Shown here: one piece after another, positions 1 through 10,153 of the stretch
Layout of the letters: each line of letters opens with the position of its first letter
How positions within the stretch are numbered: the first letter of the stretch is position 1
Assembly (NCBI GenBank): GCA_965208835.1
Contig: OZ242358.1
Coordinates: forward strand, 3,808,001 to 3,872,000
DNA length: 64,000 bases
From: Candidatus Latescibacterota bacterium
GTDB taxonomy: Bacteria; Latescibacterota; UBA2968; GCA-2709665
Direction: 5' to 3'
Translations under genes and position numbers: made by a program
Notes under the pieces: model-generated
What the model saw: the letters and a program-made list of their open reading frames with translations, nothing else
Database searches by the model: none
What the model was told of the DNA's origin: nothing

Positions 1-458
1 AGAATAACGCCGCACATCCGTCTGGTCTCGCCGTAACTCAGGTGATCGCCTGAGAGGATCCCGCCGAGAGCCGAGATGAGAACCGCTTCCCGTTCGTTCT
101 GCGCTTCCAGTTTCCGGGACGGATCCAGCACGAAAAGGACTTCGGCCGGCAGATCTCTGCGTAGCGTCGAGCGGTACCTTTCAAATGCCCGGGTTTCGGC
201 GCAACTCCACCGTGTCTTGGACGGGAATCGGCGTCGCAAGGCCATGGCCGCGAAGAACGCACCCATCTGAACGGTCGATACGCGCTTCGCATCGGGTAAT
301 TCACCCCTGACGGAACGCAGAATCAGTTCCAGGATGCGGCCGGGCTGGGGATCGGCGGGTTTCAGGCCCAGCGGCCGGGACTGATGTGGTCCGGTGCAGA
401 CGCGGGATTGAGCTTCCAGAACTTCGTGGTTCGGACCGTGGTGGCGTTCAGTCGACAT
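1..458 (-). CDS. Anthranilate phosphoribosyltransferase-like (TrpD2/YbiB-like) protein, N-terminal part; runs off the window edge
   Basis: Absent from the ORF track because it has no stop in the window. Hand translation from ATG at 458: MSTERHHGPNHEVLEAQSRVCTGPHQSRPLG...ILELILRSVRGELPDAKRVSTVQMGAFFAAMALR...LPAEVLFVLDP...LISALGGILSGDHLSYGE. The QxGAFF helix is typical of the glycosyl-transferase-family-3 N-terminal bundle. Confidence 0.7.
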   Translation of the reverse strand, partial: MSTERHHGPNHEVLEAQSRVCTGPHQSRPLGLKPADPQPGRILELILRSVRGELPDAKRVSTVQMGAFFAAMALRRRFPSKTRWSCAETRAFERYRSTLRRDLPAEVLFVLDPSRKLEAQNEREAVLISALGGILSGDHLSYGETRRMCGVI

Positions 459-485
459 GGCTTGCGTACCCTTCAGTGATATTAA

Positions 486-567
486 GAAGCTGTCTTAAAA
501 CCCGCAGCGGTCTTCGCGCGGCTGCAAAAGCGTCGGTCGGGACTCACCGTTGATTTTAAACAACTTC
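486..567 (-). mobile_element. MITE family A, internally deleted 82-bp copy
   Basis: Ends GAAGCTGTCTTAAAA...TTTTAAACAACTTC, flanked by TAA on both sides (483-485, 568-570). Homologous in reverse orientation to the copies at 14257 and 31517. Confidence 0.8.
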
Positions 568-762
568 TAAATCGGCGTTAGTATACATGAATTCCGGTGT
601 GCTATCAAGCGGGTCTGGCGGTGCCTCCGGTCTCCGGGGATGTGGACCGGGCCAATGCCGGACGACCGGCCCGGGGCGTATCGGGATCGAAAAAACGGTT
701 TGCACACAAGGTGTTTTTTGTTAAATAAGACGTGATTGACGCAATCGTGATTCGTGCCGTAG

Positions 763-1560
763 GTGAGATCGAAAATGACTGTATTCCTCCTGTGTCTGTT
801 CCTATTGGGTTGGACGAATACCCGGCTTCAGGCCGAAACCGTTCGCGTGTATGCCGCAGTCAGCCTGATCGGATCGATGAAGCAGATCGAAAGGATCTTT
901 GAAGAGGAAAGCGATATTGAGGTCAGTATGTCGTTCGCGGCGTCTTCCACGCTGGCCAGGCAAATCGGGCGAGGGGCGCCCGCTGACGTATTTATCTCCG
1001 CGAATCCGGCATGGATGGATTATCTGGAGTCACAGGGACTGATTCACACGGACACGAGAACCGACCTGCTCGGCAACTCGCTGGCAGTTGTGGTTCCCCT
1101 CGGAGAGGGGTTCCAGATTGAATGGGAGAAGCGGTTCGACTTTGCCGCGGCGTTTGAGGGACCGCTGGCTCTGGCGGACCCCGAACTCGTTCCCGCGGGA
1201 ATATACGCAAAGCAGGCGCTCATACGCCTGGGATGGTGGGCCGATCTGAAAGGCCGACTGGCCGTCTGCCAGAACGTGCGTTCCGCGCTCGCATTCGTGG
1301 AACAGGGGGCCTGCGCGGCAGGCGTCGTCTACGCGACCGACGCGGTTTCGAGCGCCCGGGTCGAACCGCTGGCGGTGTTTCCAACGGGCATGCATGACGT
1401 GATTGTTTACGCCGCCGCAGTCCTGAAGGGTCGGGACGTCGCGAATTCGCGTCGGTTTCTGGATTTCCTGAAATCGGCGGCCGCGTGCGATGTATTCAGA
1501 GAGGACGGCTTTCGGATCCCCGTTTCCCTGCGAGAGATCGAACAACACGGGCGGGACTGA
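763..1560 (+). CDS. modA: Molybdate ABC transporter substrate-binding protein
   Basis: Signal peptide; motifs VYAAVSL, SFAASSTLARQI..GAPADVFISAN, LADPELVPAGIYAKQAL, GVVYATDA. Confidence 0.92.
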   Translation: MRSKMTVFLLCLFLLGWTNTRLQAETVRVYAAVSLIGSMKQIERIFEEESDIEVSMSFAASSTLARQIGRGAPADVFISANPAWMDYLESQGLIHTDTRTDLLGNSLAVVVPLGEGFQIEWEKRFDFAAAFEGPLALADPELVPAGIYAKQALIRLGWWADLKGRLAVCQNVRSALAFVEQGACAAGVVYATDAVSSARVEPLAVFPTGMHDVIVYAAAVLKGRDVANSRRFLDFLKSAAACDVFREDGFRIPVSLREIEQHGRD

Positions 1561-1632
1561 CGCACCGGGCGCCGCGTGCAGTTGCCAGCGGTCCGGATAG
1601 CAGTTGCCGTCCAACAGACGAGGGTAGAGGAC

Positions 1633-2751
1633 ATGTCAATTCTGAACAGACTGAATATCGGCGTTGCGGGCGCCGCGGGCAGAGGCGGGGGTTTTCGTGC
1701 GGCTTTTGACGCGCATCCCGCCGCCCGGTTGCATGCCGTCTGTGACATACGTGAGGACCTGCTGGACGCGGCGGCCGAGAAGCTGGGCGCCTCGGAAACC
1801 TATACAGACTACGACGAGATGCTTGAAGAGTCCGATCTGGATGCCGTGGTTATCGGTACGCCGATGCAATTCCACGCGCCGCAGGCGATTGCGGCCCTGG
1901 AGTCGGGCGTCCACGTCCTGAGCGAGGTCACGGCCGCGGTTTCAGTGGACGAGTGCAAAAGCCTGGTTGCCGCCGCCGCGTCATCGGAAGCGATCTACAT
2001 GATGGCGGAAAATTTCACGTATATGAAACCCAACGTGCTTGTGAAAGAACTGGTGAGGCGCGGACTGTTCGGCGACGTCTATTACGCGGAGGGCGAGTAT
2101 GTACACGAATTGAAGGGATTGAACGAGATAACGACCTGGCGCCGGAAGTGGCAGACGGGAATCGACGGCGTCACCTACGGCACGCACAGCCTGGGGCCGA
2201 TTCTTCAATGGATGGCGGGCGACCGCGTGGCACGGGTCTGCTGCGAGGGCAGCGGACACCATTACAGGGATCCCAGAGGGAATCGATATGAGAATCAGGA
2301 TTCCTGCGTGATGCTGTGCAAGACCGTCAAGGGCGCGCTGATCAAAATACGTGTCGACATGCTGTCGGACCGCCCTCACTCAATGGCGAACTACTCCCTT
2401 CAGGGCACCACGGGATGTTACGAGTCTGCACGTGCCAAAGGGGAGGCGAACCGGATCTGGCTCGGGGACTTGTGCGAAGACGGGAATACCTGGAAGGAAC
2501 TGTCGGAACTGGAAGAAGAATATATGCCGGAGATGTGGCGCAACCCGTCCGAAGACGCGCTGAAGGCGGGTCATGGAGGAGGCGATTATTTCGAGGTTCT
2601 GGATTTCGTGAACGCCATCACGGGAAAGGCGCCCTGCCCGATCGGGATCCACGCAGCCATGGACATGACGTTACCCGGTCTGATCAGCCAGGCATCCATC
2701 GCGAGTGGCGGCGCATGGCTGGATGTTCCGGATTCGAGGACCTGGGTGTAA
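1633..2751 (+). CDS. Gfo/Idh/MocA family oxidoreductase
   Basis: Rossmann IGVAGAAGRG, GTPMQFHA, HVLSEV, AEN; RBS GAGG upstream of ATG 1633. Confidence 0.88.
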   Translation: MSILNRLNIGVAGAAGRGGGFRAAFDAHPAARLHAVCDIREDLLDAAAEKLGASETYTDYDEMLEESDLDAVVIGTPMQFHAPQAIAALESGVHVLSEVTAAVSVDECKSLVAAAASSEAIYMMAENFTYMKPNVLVKELVRRGLFGDVYYAEGEYVHELKGLNEITTWRRKWQTGIDGVTYGTHSLGPILQWMAGDRVARVCCEGSGHHYRDPRGNRYENQDSCVMLCKTVKGALIKIRVDMLSDRPHSMANYSLQGTTGCYESARAKGEANRIWLGDLCEDGNTWKELSELEEEYMPEMWRNPSEDALKAGHGGGDYFEVLDFVNAITGKAPCPIGIHAAMDMTLPGLISQASIASGGAWLDVPDSRTWV

Positions 2752-2791
2752 TGAAAATCCGGTGGGACCCCGAGGCTGCGGTCGATTCGCC

Positions 2792-3580
2792 TTACACAGG
2801 TCCTGGCGCCAATGCACCCGCACCGAAAATGACCGAAAATTCGTTTCCGCGCGCGGACTTGGTTGCCGCGTGCATATAACAGACGCTGAACGCCCTGCGG
2901 GGAAGGTCCGTGTGATTTGTGCCGGAACTGTGTAACAGCCAGTTGTGCAGAAGAACGACTTCGCCCTCATCGAGTTCCAGGTATACGGGCTCAACTTTCT
3001 GAACCGATTCGTCGATCTGCACGGGGTCCAGGAACCCGCTCGGGCTTTCGGGATTGACCAGGCCCCATTTGTGAGACCCGGGGATGATTCTGACACAGCC
3101 GTTTTCAACCGTGGCAGGGTCCAATGCCGTCCAGACGGTAACGAGCGGGTCCCTGTCGAGGTCCGTCCAGCGGTCCTGGTGCCAGGTCAGGTTGTGACCC
3201 TTTCCGGCGGGTTTGTTCATAAACATGGCGCGGAAGCAGGCCACCGGTTCATCTCTGCCGTATACCCGGGCGCAGATGCTCCGGAAAAGCGGATTCCGCA
3301 TGTAAGCGAGGAACAGTTCATCGAATTCCAAATCCTGGATTTTCCGGTAGTTCAGGGTGGCGCCCTTATGCCCCCTGGTCTGGGGTCCTGGACCTTCACG
3401 GCCTTCGACGACGTCCAGCTGCATCATCGTGCGACTGTAATCCACGGGTGCGGTACCCAGCATGATATCGTCGATTCGCCGCTTGAGCGCCGCCATGGCG
3501 GCGGTATCCGCAACCCTGCCCAGGCGAAGATAACCCCTGGCTTCAAACCGTTCCCACTGTTCGTCGTTCAGGCTGCTCAT
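2792..3580 (-). CDS. Phytanoyl-CoA dioxygenase (PhyH) family Fe/2OG enzyme
   Basis: WHQD, VWTALD..T.ENGC..IIPGSH, LLHSSG.N, RRA; canonical HxD...H triad. Confidence 0.9.
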   Translation of the reverse strand: MSSLNDEQWERFEARGYLRLGRVADTAAMAALKRRIDDIMLGTAPVDYSRTMMQLDVVEGREGPGPQTRGHKGATLNYRKIQDLEFDELFLAYMRNPLFRSICARVYGRDEPVACFRAMFMNKPAGKGHNLTWHQDRWTDLDRDPLVTVWTALDPATVENGCVRIIPGSHKWGLVNPESPSGFLDPVQIDESVQKVEPVYLELDEGEVVLLHNWLLHSSGTNHTDLPRRAFSVCYMHAATKSARGNEFSVIFGAGALAPGPV

Positions 3581-3728
3581 TGGCGTCCCCCGGGGAAGAG
3601 CCCACGAACCCTGCGTCCGCCATTCCGGCCCGGCGGAAAGGAGTCGATCGCATCCGCTGATATCGGATCTCCTGAAGCAAGTTAATAAAGACAGGATCGG
3701 TCATCAAGTTTTCCGCGAGGAGCGGCCA

Positions 3729-4700
3729 ATGTCGGACACGGTATTGTATCTCTCGAGAAGTGACGTGGAAGCGGTGAGTCTGTCGATGTCGGAGATCATC
3801 GACGGGCTGGACCGGATGTTTGTGGAAAAAGGAGAAGGCAAGGTAGAGATGCCGCCAAAGCCGGGCATCCACACGCAACCGGATGCATTCATTCATGCGA
3901 TGCCGGCGTATATACCGAGCCTTGAATCGGCAGGAATGAAGTGGGTGTCGGGATACCCCGAAAACCAGGCAAAGGGGTTGCCGTATATCAGCGGGCTGTT
4001 GATTCTGAACGATCCCGAGACCGGCATTCCAACGTGCGTGATGGACTGCACATGGATTACGGCAATGCGGACCGGTGCCGCAACGGCGGTTGCGGCGAAA
4101 TACCTGGCACGCAAAGACAGCTCTACGGTTGGCATTGTCGCCTGCGGCGTCCAGGGCCGTGGAAATCTCGAAGCGCTCTCGTGTGTTTTCGATATTCAGG
4201 AAGTAAGGGCCTACGATCTCTATCCGGATCTTGCCGATCGATTCGCGGCGGAAATGGGACCCCGGCTGGATGTGCGGATAGAGCCGGTTCGCGAGGCTTC
4301 AGAGGCCGTCAGGGGACTGGACATCGTGGTTACCAGCGGCCCGGTTCTGAGACATCCGGAACCGGTGGTTGGCAGCGGGTGGTTGTCCGAGGGATCGTTT
4401 GCGTGTCCTCTGGATTTCGATTCATATTTTCGAGACGATGCGTTCCGCGAAGCGGACAAGCTGGCATGCGACGATACCGGCCAGTTGAACTATTACCGCA
4501 AGACCGGCTATTTCCGTGACATCCCCGAGCCGTATGCCGACCTCGGAGAAATCGCGGCGGGGCTGAAACCCGGACGGGAGTCGGCGAAGGAGCGCACGAT
4601 TGCGATCAATCTGGGCCTTGGCCTGGAAGACATGGCCACTGCGATTCTGGTTTATCGTCGTGCGTTGGCGCTGGAAATCGGGACCGAGCTACCGCTGTAG
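3729..4700 (+). CDS. Ornithine cyclodeaminase / mu-crystallin family (alanine dehydrogenase-like)
   Basis: EMPPK, HAMPA, GMKWV..YPEN, ITAMRTGA, GLGLED. Confidence 0.9.
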   Translation: MSDTVLYLSRSDVEAVSLSMSEIIDGLDRMFVEKGEGKVEMPPKPGIHTQPDAFIHAMPAYIPSLESAGMKWVSGYPENQAKGLPYISGLLILNDPETGIPTCVMDCTWITAMRTGAATAVAAKYLARKDSSTVGIVACGVQGRGNLEALSCVFDIQEVRAYDLYPDLADRFAAEMGPRLDVRIEPVREASEAVRGLDIVVTSGPVLRHPEPVVGSGWLSEGSFACPLDFDSYFRDDAFREADKLACDDTGQLNYYRKTGYFRDIPEPYADLGEIAAGLKPGRESAKERTIAINLGLGLEDMATAILVYRRALALEIGTELPL

Positions 4701-4735
4701 TCAGGCCCTTCAGACGAATACGCCGGGGAGGTGAA

Positions 4736-5857
4736 ATGACTCGACAGACCGACGATCCGAAACAGATCGGGCTATCCGAAGAAGGCATCCGGGCGGCTTG
4801 CGGAATCCTGGAGGAGGCGGTGATCCGGGAAGAGCTGATGGGCGGCGCACTGCAGGTGTCGCGGGGCGGAGTCTCCCTTCCGCCAGCGTGTTTCGGGCGC
4901 CGTAGACTGGCCACGGACGATTGTCCGGTCGCGCCGGACACCCTGTTTCTGATCGCATCCATTACCAAGCCGATCGTGGCGGCGGCGGTAATGTCGCTCG
5001 TGGAGCGGGGCAAAGTCTGCCTGGACGACCCCGTGGCAGAATTAGTACCGGAGTTCGGGCAGGCGGGCAAGGATGGCGTGCAGGTGCGGCATCTCCTGAC
5101 CCACACTTCCGGACTCCCGGACATGCTCCCTCAGAATCTGGCATTGCGGGCGGAACATGCGCCGCTGGATGTCTTCATACAGCATATCTGCGGGGTGGAG
5201 CTGCTTTTCGATCCCGGAACGCGGATATCGTATCAGAGTTGCGGAATCGCGATGCTGGGCGAGATCGTTCAGCGAGTGGAGGCGACACCCATCCGGACCT
5301 TCCTGAAGCGTACTTTCTTCGATCCGCTGGGACTCGTGGATACGACGCTGGGTTTGCTGAAACGGAGCCCGCGGGAGTCCGACGTAAAGATCCGCAGCGG
5401 CGAGTACGGCGGGGCTGACGTCGTGTCATGGAACTGGAATTCAAACTACTGGCGCGGATTTGGCGCCCCGTGGGGAGGCCTTCTGACGACCACGGCGGAA
5501 ATGACGGCGCTCTGTCAGACCTTTCTGTACGGCGGTTCACTGAACGGAATCCGCGTTCTGAAGCCTTCGACCGTCGCCGCAATGACAGCGGACCAGACGT
5601 CGGCGATGCCGGATCTGGTCCGGGCGGACAGGCTCAGACAGCGATGGGGGTTGGGATGGCGCCTGCGCGACCGGGTAAGTTCAATCTTCAGCGATCTGAC
5701 TTCGGACGCCACCTTCGGACACGAGGGGGCGACGGGCACGGTGGCGTGGGTGGATCCTGAAACCGAGACCACGTGCGTACTGTTTACCAACGACCCGCAC
5801 GGCGCGGCTTCCCTGCGTCCACGGGTGGGCAATGCGGTTGCGGCCTCGGTGATGTAG
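4736..5857 (+). CDS. Serine hydrolase, beta-lactamase class C-like family
   Basis: SxxK (ASITKP), LLTHTSGLPD, YQS, FGHEG. Confidence 0.88.
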   Translation: MTRQTDDPKQIGLSEEGIRAACGILEEAVIREELMGGALQVSRGGVSLPPACFGRRRLATDDCPVAPDTLFLIASITKPIVAAAVMSLVERGKVCLDDPVAELVPEFGQAGKDGVQVRHLLTHTSGLPDMLPQNLALRAEHAPLDVFIQHICGVELLFDPGTRISYQSCGIAMLGEIVQRVEATPIRTFLKRTFFDPLGLVDTTLGLLKRSPRESDVKIRSGEYGGADVVSWNWNSNYWRGFGAPWGGLLTTTAEMTALCQTFLYGGSLNGIRVLKPSTVAAMTADQTSAMPDLVRADRLRQRWGLGWRLRDRVSSIFSDLTSDATFGHEGATGTVAWVDPETETTCVLFTNDPHGAASLRPRVGNAVAASVM

Positions 5858-5948
5858 TCGGGGACCGCACTTCGAGCGTATCGCGGCGGCCTCCTGCGTT
5901 CCGGTGCGGGACACGGATGCTTCGTTCGGTCCAACGAGGCAAGCAGTT

Positions 5949-6917
5949 CTATCCTTCAACGTGGACGTTGCCGAAGAGCGTGCTGACCGATTCGTCGTTG
6001 TGGATGCGGCGGATGGCTTCCGCCAGAATGGAAGCGACGGAAAGTACCTTGATTTTTCCGTTCCGGACGTTTTCAGGTACGGGAATGGAATCTGAAACGA
6101 CGAGTTCCGTCAGGACGGAGTTCTCCACGCGCTCAACCGCGGGGCCGGCCAGTACGGGATGTACGATCGCGGCGCTGATATCCAGAGCCCCGTGTTCCCT
6201 CAGAGCCGCAGCTGCCTCGACCAGCGACCCGCCCGTGGAAATCAGGTCATCTATGATCACGACGTTCTTGCCTTCGACGTCGCCGATGATGTTCAGAACT
6301 TCGGTCTGCGTTCCGCTCGAGCGTCTTTTGTCGACAATGGCCAGAGGAGCGTCCAGCAGCTCGGAATAGGCGCGGGTCATCTTGATGTTACCCAGGTCGG
6401 GCGTGACCGTGACCAGGTTTTCCATGCCCTTCTCCATCAGGTAGTTTCCGAAGACATTGATGGAGTAGAGATGGTCCATGGGGATGTCGAAGAATCCCTG
6501 GATCTGGTTAGAATGCAGATCCAGCGAGAGAACCCGTCTGGCGCCGGCGGTCACGATGAGATTCCCGATCAGTTTGGCAGTGATCGGCACCCGCGGCCTG
6601 TCCTTCCGGTCCTGGCGGGCATAGCCGTAGTACGGCAGCACGGCGGTAATGCGACGCGCGGAGGCCCGGCGGGCCGCGTCGATGAGGATGAGGATCTCCA
6701 TCAGGGCGTCATTGGGCGTATATTCCCCGTTACCGCAGATGGGCTGAACGATGTAGACGTCGTTGCCACGCACGTTCTCGCGGATCTGGACGCTGGTTTC
6801 TCCTCCTGGAAAACTCGTGACTTCGGCCACTCCAAGTTCGATATCGAGGTGTTGACAGATTCCCTCGGCGAGGGATCTGTTTATGTTGCCGGTGAAGACC
6901 TGAAAGTCGTAACCCAA
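5949..6917 (-). CDS. prs: Ribose-phosphate pyrophosphokinase
   Basis: PYYGYARQDRK, DLHSNQIQGFF, IIDDLISTGGS; likely TTG start at 6917 after RBS AAGGAGG. Confidence 0.96.
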   Translation of the reverse strand: MGYDFQVFTGNINRSLAEGICQHLDIELGVAEVTSFPGGETSVQIRENVRGNDVYIVQPICGNGEYTPNDALMEILILIDAARRASARRITAVLPYYGYARQDRKDRPRVPITAKLIGNLIVTAGARRVLSLDLHSNQIQGFFDIPMDHLYSINVFGNYLMEKGMENLVTVTPDLGNIKMTRAYSELLDAPLAIVDKRRSSGTQTEVLNIIGDVEGKNVVIIDDLISTGGSLVEAAAALREHGALDISAAIVHPVLAGPAVERVENSVLTELVVSDSIPVPENVRNGKIKVLSVASILAEAIRRIHNDESVSTLFGNVHVEG

Positions 6918-7203
6918 ATCGTCAGCCTCCTTTGGGGAAATCGAGTCGCGGGGTTGAATCGCCGATTCCGAAAACGTCGGTTGAAATATAAAAACCGCCA
7001 GACGCCGGAACAATCGAATTTGACAATGCAGGACGATTCGGATAGCGTCAATTCATCGTCAGGGCGCGGCCTGTCGATACCTGGACGGGCCTTCGCGGGC
7101 GTTTCAGTTCGGCGCGTGTCGGAAGTTTCGTTCCGGATTCTCCTGCATTGTCGGGATCTGTCGAAGTGCCGCTGATTTCAGGAAATTTTATACATCGAGT
7201 GCC

Positions 7204-7932
7204 GTGCTGACCATCATCTACCAGGACGACCACTACGTTGCCGTTGACAAACCGAGCGGCATCTTCGTTCACCCGACCCGCCTGGGACGCCGGGAGCCCA
7301 ACTGCATGTCCCGCCTGGGCAGGCAACTGGGTCATCCCGTATTCACGATTCACAGGCTGGACCGCGCCACGTCGGGCGTGCTTCTCTTCGCGCTGAGTTC
7401 CGAGGCAGCCCGTAAAATGTGCCTCCTGTTTGAAGAGCGCAGCATCCGGAAGGAATACCTGGCCGTGGTTCGGGGATTTGCGCCCGAAGCCGGACGGATC
7501 GATCATCCCCTGCGCAAAGACAGGAAAAAACCGGCGGCGGATGCGGTGACCGACTTTGTCCGGGTGGGTAAGTCCGAACTTCAGGAACCCGTTGGCAGAC
7601 ACGATACAGCGCGTTTCTCACTGGTACGGGCGGTTCCACATACCGGCCGCATGCACCAGATCCGGAGGCACATGGCCCACATCTCCCATCCCGTTCTCGG
7701 CGACACCAGGTACGGCGACGGCGCGCAGAACCGGTTCTTTCGCGCCCGGTTCGGCATGCGCCGTCTGGCGCTGATGGCCGTCCGCCTCGCATTTCGGCAT
7801 CCGTATACCCGAGAAAACGTCTCTGTCGTCGCGGAACCGTCGGAGGACCTTGAAGCGACGTTCACTGCGCTTGGCTGGAGCGAGTCGTCAGGCCCGTGCT
7901 CTCATCCGCCCCTGGCTTCCTCTACACTCTGA
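7204..7932 (+). CDS. truC: RluA-family pseudouridine synthase, TruC-like
   Basis: VDKPSGIFVH, HRLDRATSG, TGRMHQIRRH, GDTRYG; no S4 domain. Confidence 0.75.
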   Translation: MLTIIYQDDHYVAVDKPSGIFVHPTRLGRREPNCMSRLGRQLGHPVFTIHRLDRATSGVLLFALSSEAARKMCLLFEERSIRKEYLAVVRGFAPEAGRIDHPLRKDRKKPAADAVTDFVRVGKSELQEPVGRHDTARFSLVRAVPHTGRMHQIRRHMAHISHPVLGDTRYGDGAQNRFFRARFGMRRLALMAVRLAFRHPYTRENVSVVAEPSEDLEATFTALGWSESSGPCSHPPLASSTL

Positions 7933-8966
7933 GGCCGCCCTGAAACGTCTCCGCCGGCCCACCTGTACAATCTCGGCAAGAGCGCCAGCGTTCGATCTTC
8001 GAGAGGAAGTCTTATAGGGGAACTGTTGCCGCGCACCGATTGCCTGGCCGCAATGGCCACCTCGAGGGCCTGGCGCAGATCATGACCCGTAATCCACGGT
8101 TCGCCCCGACCGCGTACTGCTGCCAGGAACGACCTGAGCGACCCGGTCAGATATTGAAATTCGCTCCATTCATACGGCTCATAGGCGGTTTGTTCTCTTG
8201 TGCGACGCCCCTCCGGATCAAATCCACGGTAGACCTCCGGGGGCGCCCAGTTCCATCGCACCAGTGAATCATCGGTCCACACATCCACGCCGCCGTGCGG
8301 TGTTGGCGTGCCAAATACCGCGCAATCGATGCCCGAACTCATTCGAAGCCAACCGTGAAGAACAAGACCCTCATCCGTTTCCGCAGCCAGCGCCTCCTCT
8401 TGCGCGCCCCAGGCCATCACTTCCTCCACTTCCGCACCGGCAAACAACCTCAGTACTGATATATGCTGACAACAACCGCCCGAAATCTCACCGCCGAATC
8501 CGTGAACGCTGGCCCCTCTCAATGCGCCGAATTCACCGGCGTGAATCCGCCGGGCCACTTCCTGAACCTCGTGCATCGCCCGCTGCAGATTGCCCCCGCC
8601 GAACACCACCTCCTGTTTTCTGCAGACATCGACCATCTCGTCCGCATCGGCCAGCAGACCGGCGATGGGTTTCTCCGCCGTCACCCCCTTCACACCCGCC
8701 TGTGCGCACGCCACCACCGCATCCTTAATGTACTTTACCGGTGTTACCACGGAGGCCACGTCGGGAACCGCGTCACGTAACAGGGCCTCCGCGTCCGGAT
8801 AAAGCGCCGTTACCCCGAATCGTTCGCCCACCGCCCGGCGTCGATCCGCGTTGACGTCGGCAATGGCGACGAGCTCAGTATCCGGATAGGCCGCAAATGC
8901 TTCGGCGTAGACCTGGCCCATTCTACCGCATCCGATGACAGCCGCGCGTAGATTGACTTCACTCAT
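7902..8966 (-). CDS. Gfo/Idh/MocA family oxidoreductase
   Basis: AAVIGCGRMG, EKP motif. Confidence 0.88.
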   Translation of the reverse strand: MSEVNLRAAVIGCGRMGQVYAEAFAAYPDTELVAIADVNADRRRAVGERFGVTALYPDAEALLRDAVPDVASVVTPVKYIKDAVVACAQAGVKGVTAEKPIAGLLADADEMVDVCRKQEVVFGGGNLQRAMHEVQEVARRIHAGEFGALRGASVHGFGGEISGGCCQHISVLRLFAGAEVEEVMAWGAQEEALAAETDEGLVLHGWLRMSSGIDCAVFGTPTPHGGVDVWTDDSLVRWNWAPPEVYRGFDPEGRRTREQTAYEPYEWSEFQYLTGSLRSFLAAVRGRGEPWITGHDLRQALEVAIAARQSVRGNSSPIRLPLEDRTLALLPRLYRWAGGDVSGRPQSVEEARGG

Positions 8967-9061
8967 TGTGCTCTCCCTTGCTTGCAGGAATCCGTCCGGA
9001 CGCGGAGGGCATGGTGTCGGGGGCGACGATCGAAGGAAAAACCCGGCAGGATCTCAGCTAC

Positions 9062-10012
9062 ATGCCCGTCAATCCGAAACAGATCTCGATTATCCGTAGC
9101 GGCGCCATCGGCGACTTCGTGCTGACGCTGCCCTCGGTCAACGCGCTGCGCGCGGCTTACCCGTGTTCATGCCTCCGACTCATCGGCAACCCGTCGATTC
9201 TCCATCTCGCCCCTGTTAATAACTTCGTCGACATCAACAGCGCGGAAGTCGCCGGTCTTTACAACCCTGAGGGGCCGGTCTCTGAACGTACCCGCGCACT
9301 CTTCTCGGATGTCGATCTTCTTATCGCCTACGCCGTCGACCCGGATCGCAGCCTTCAGTCCCGCCTCACCGAAATTGTCCGCGGCCGGGCCATCGTATAC
9401 GACCCGCGCCCGAATGGGGGTGTGCACATCGTCGAACACCTCCTGACGCCGCTGAGACGGATGGGCATTCCCACGTCCGACCCGATGCCCCGTATCCGTC
9501 CGGCCGTCGATGAACTGGCTCATGCAGGCGAGATCCTTAAAGAACACGGTCTGGCCTCCCCTCTGATCGCCATTCACCCCGGGAGCGGCGGCCGGGATAA
9601 ATGCTGGCCGCTGACTTCCTATTTCGATCTTGCCCACAGACTCGCCACTCGCGGAGCGGGCGTCATGGCCGTATGCGGCCCCGTGGAGCGGGACGTCGTC
9701 GATGAACTGCCGACTCACCTTCCCTGCCTGGTTCCCCGGGACCTTCGCAGCCTTGCCTCCCTGCTGCACACAGCCGACCTGTTCATTGGAAACGACTCCG
9801 GTCCCGGACACATAGCAGCGGCGGTCGGCACCCCGACACTCACCTTGTTCGGACCCACCGACGTGGAAACGTGGGCGCCGCGGCATCCGCTCGCCCGTTT
9901 TCTAAAGGCCCCGGACGGCCGCCTCCCTGAGCTCACGGTCGAATCCGTACTGAATGCCGCACTCAAACTCCTTGTAGCGGTACAGCCACCGCCGCATTCA
10001 CACCGAATGTAG
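9062..10012 (+). CDS. Glycosyltransferase family 9 (heptosyltransferase-like)
   Basis: SGAIGDFVL, IHPGSGG..KCWP, GNDSGPGHIAAAVGTPTLTLFGPT. Confidence 0.9.
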   Translation: MPVNPKQISIIRSGAIGDFVLTLPSVNALRAAYPCSCLRLIGNPSILHLAPVNNFVDINSAEVAGLYNPEGPVSERTRALFSDVDLLIAYAVDPDRSLQSRLTEIVRGRAIVYDPRPNGGVHIVEHLLTPLRRMGIPTSDPMPRIRPAVDELAHAGEILKEHGLASPLIAIHPGSGGRDKCWPLTSYFDLAHRLATRGAGVMAVCGPVERDVVDELPTHLPCLVPRDLRSLASLLHTADLFIGNDSGPGHIAAAVGTPTLTLFGPTDVETWAPRHPLARFLKAPDGRLPELTVESVLNAALKLLVAVQPPPHSHRM

Positions 10013-10054
10013 TCCGCGCCGACGAGATACTGCTACCGGTTAATGCCAATGGAT

Positions 10055-10083
10055 TTGACAGCCTGAAACCAATGTGGCATATT
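10055..10083 (+). promoter_or_regulatory. Putative sigma70 promoter
   Basis: TTGACA-17 bp-CATATT upstream of the CDS at 10154. Confidence 0.45.
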
Positions 10084-10153
10084 AGGTCCCGACATCGATA
10101 GCATTCTGGCTTCGTCTTCGCGCGCCGCTGGTACCAACCGCAAGGGGATTCGA

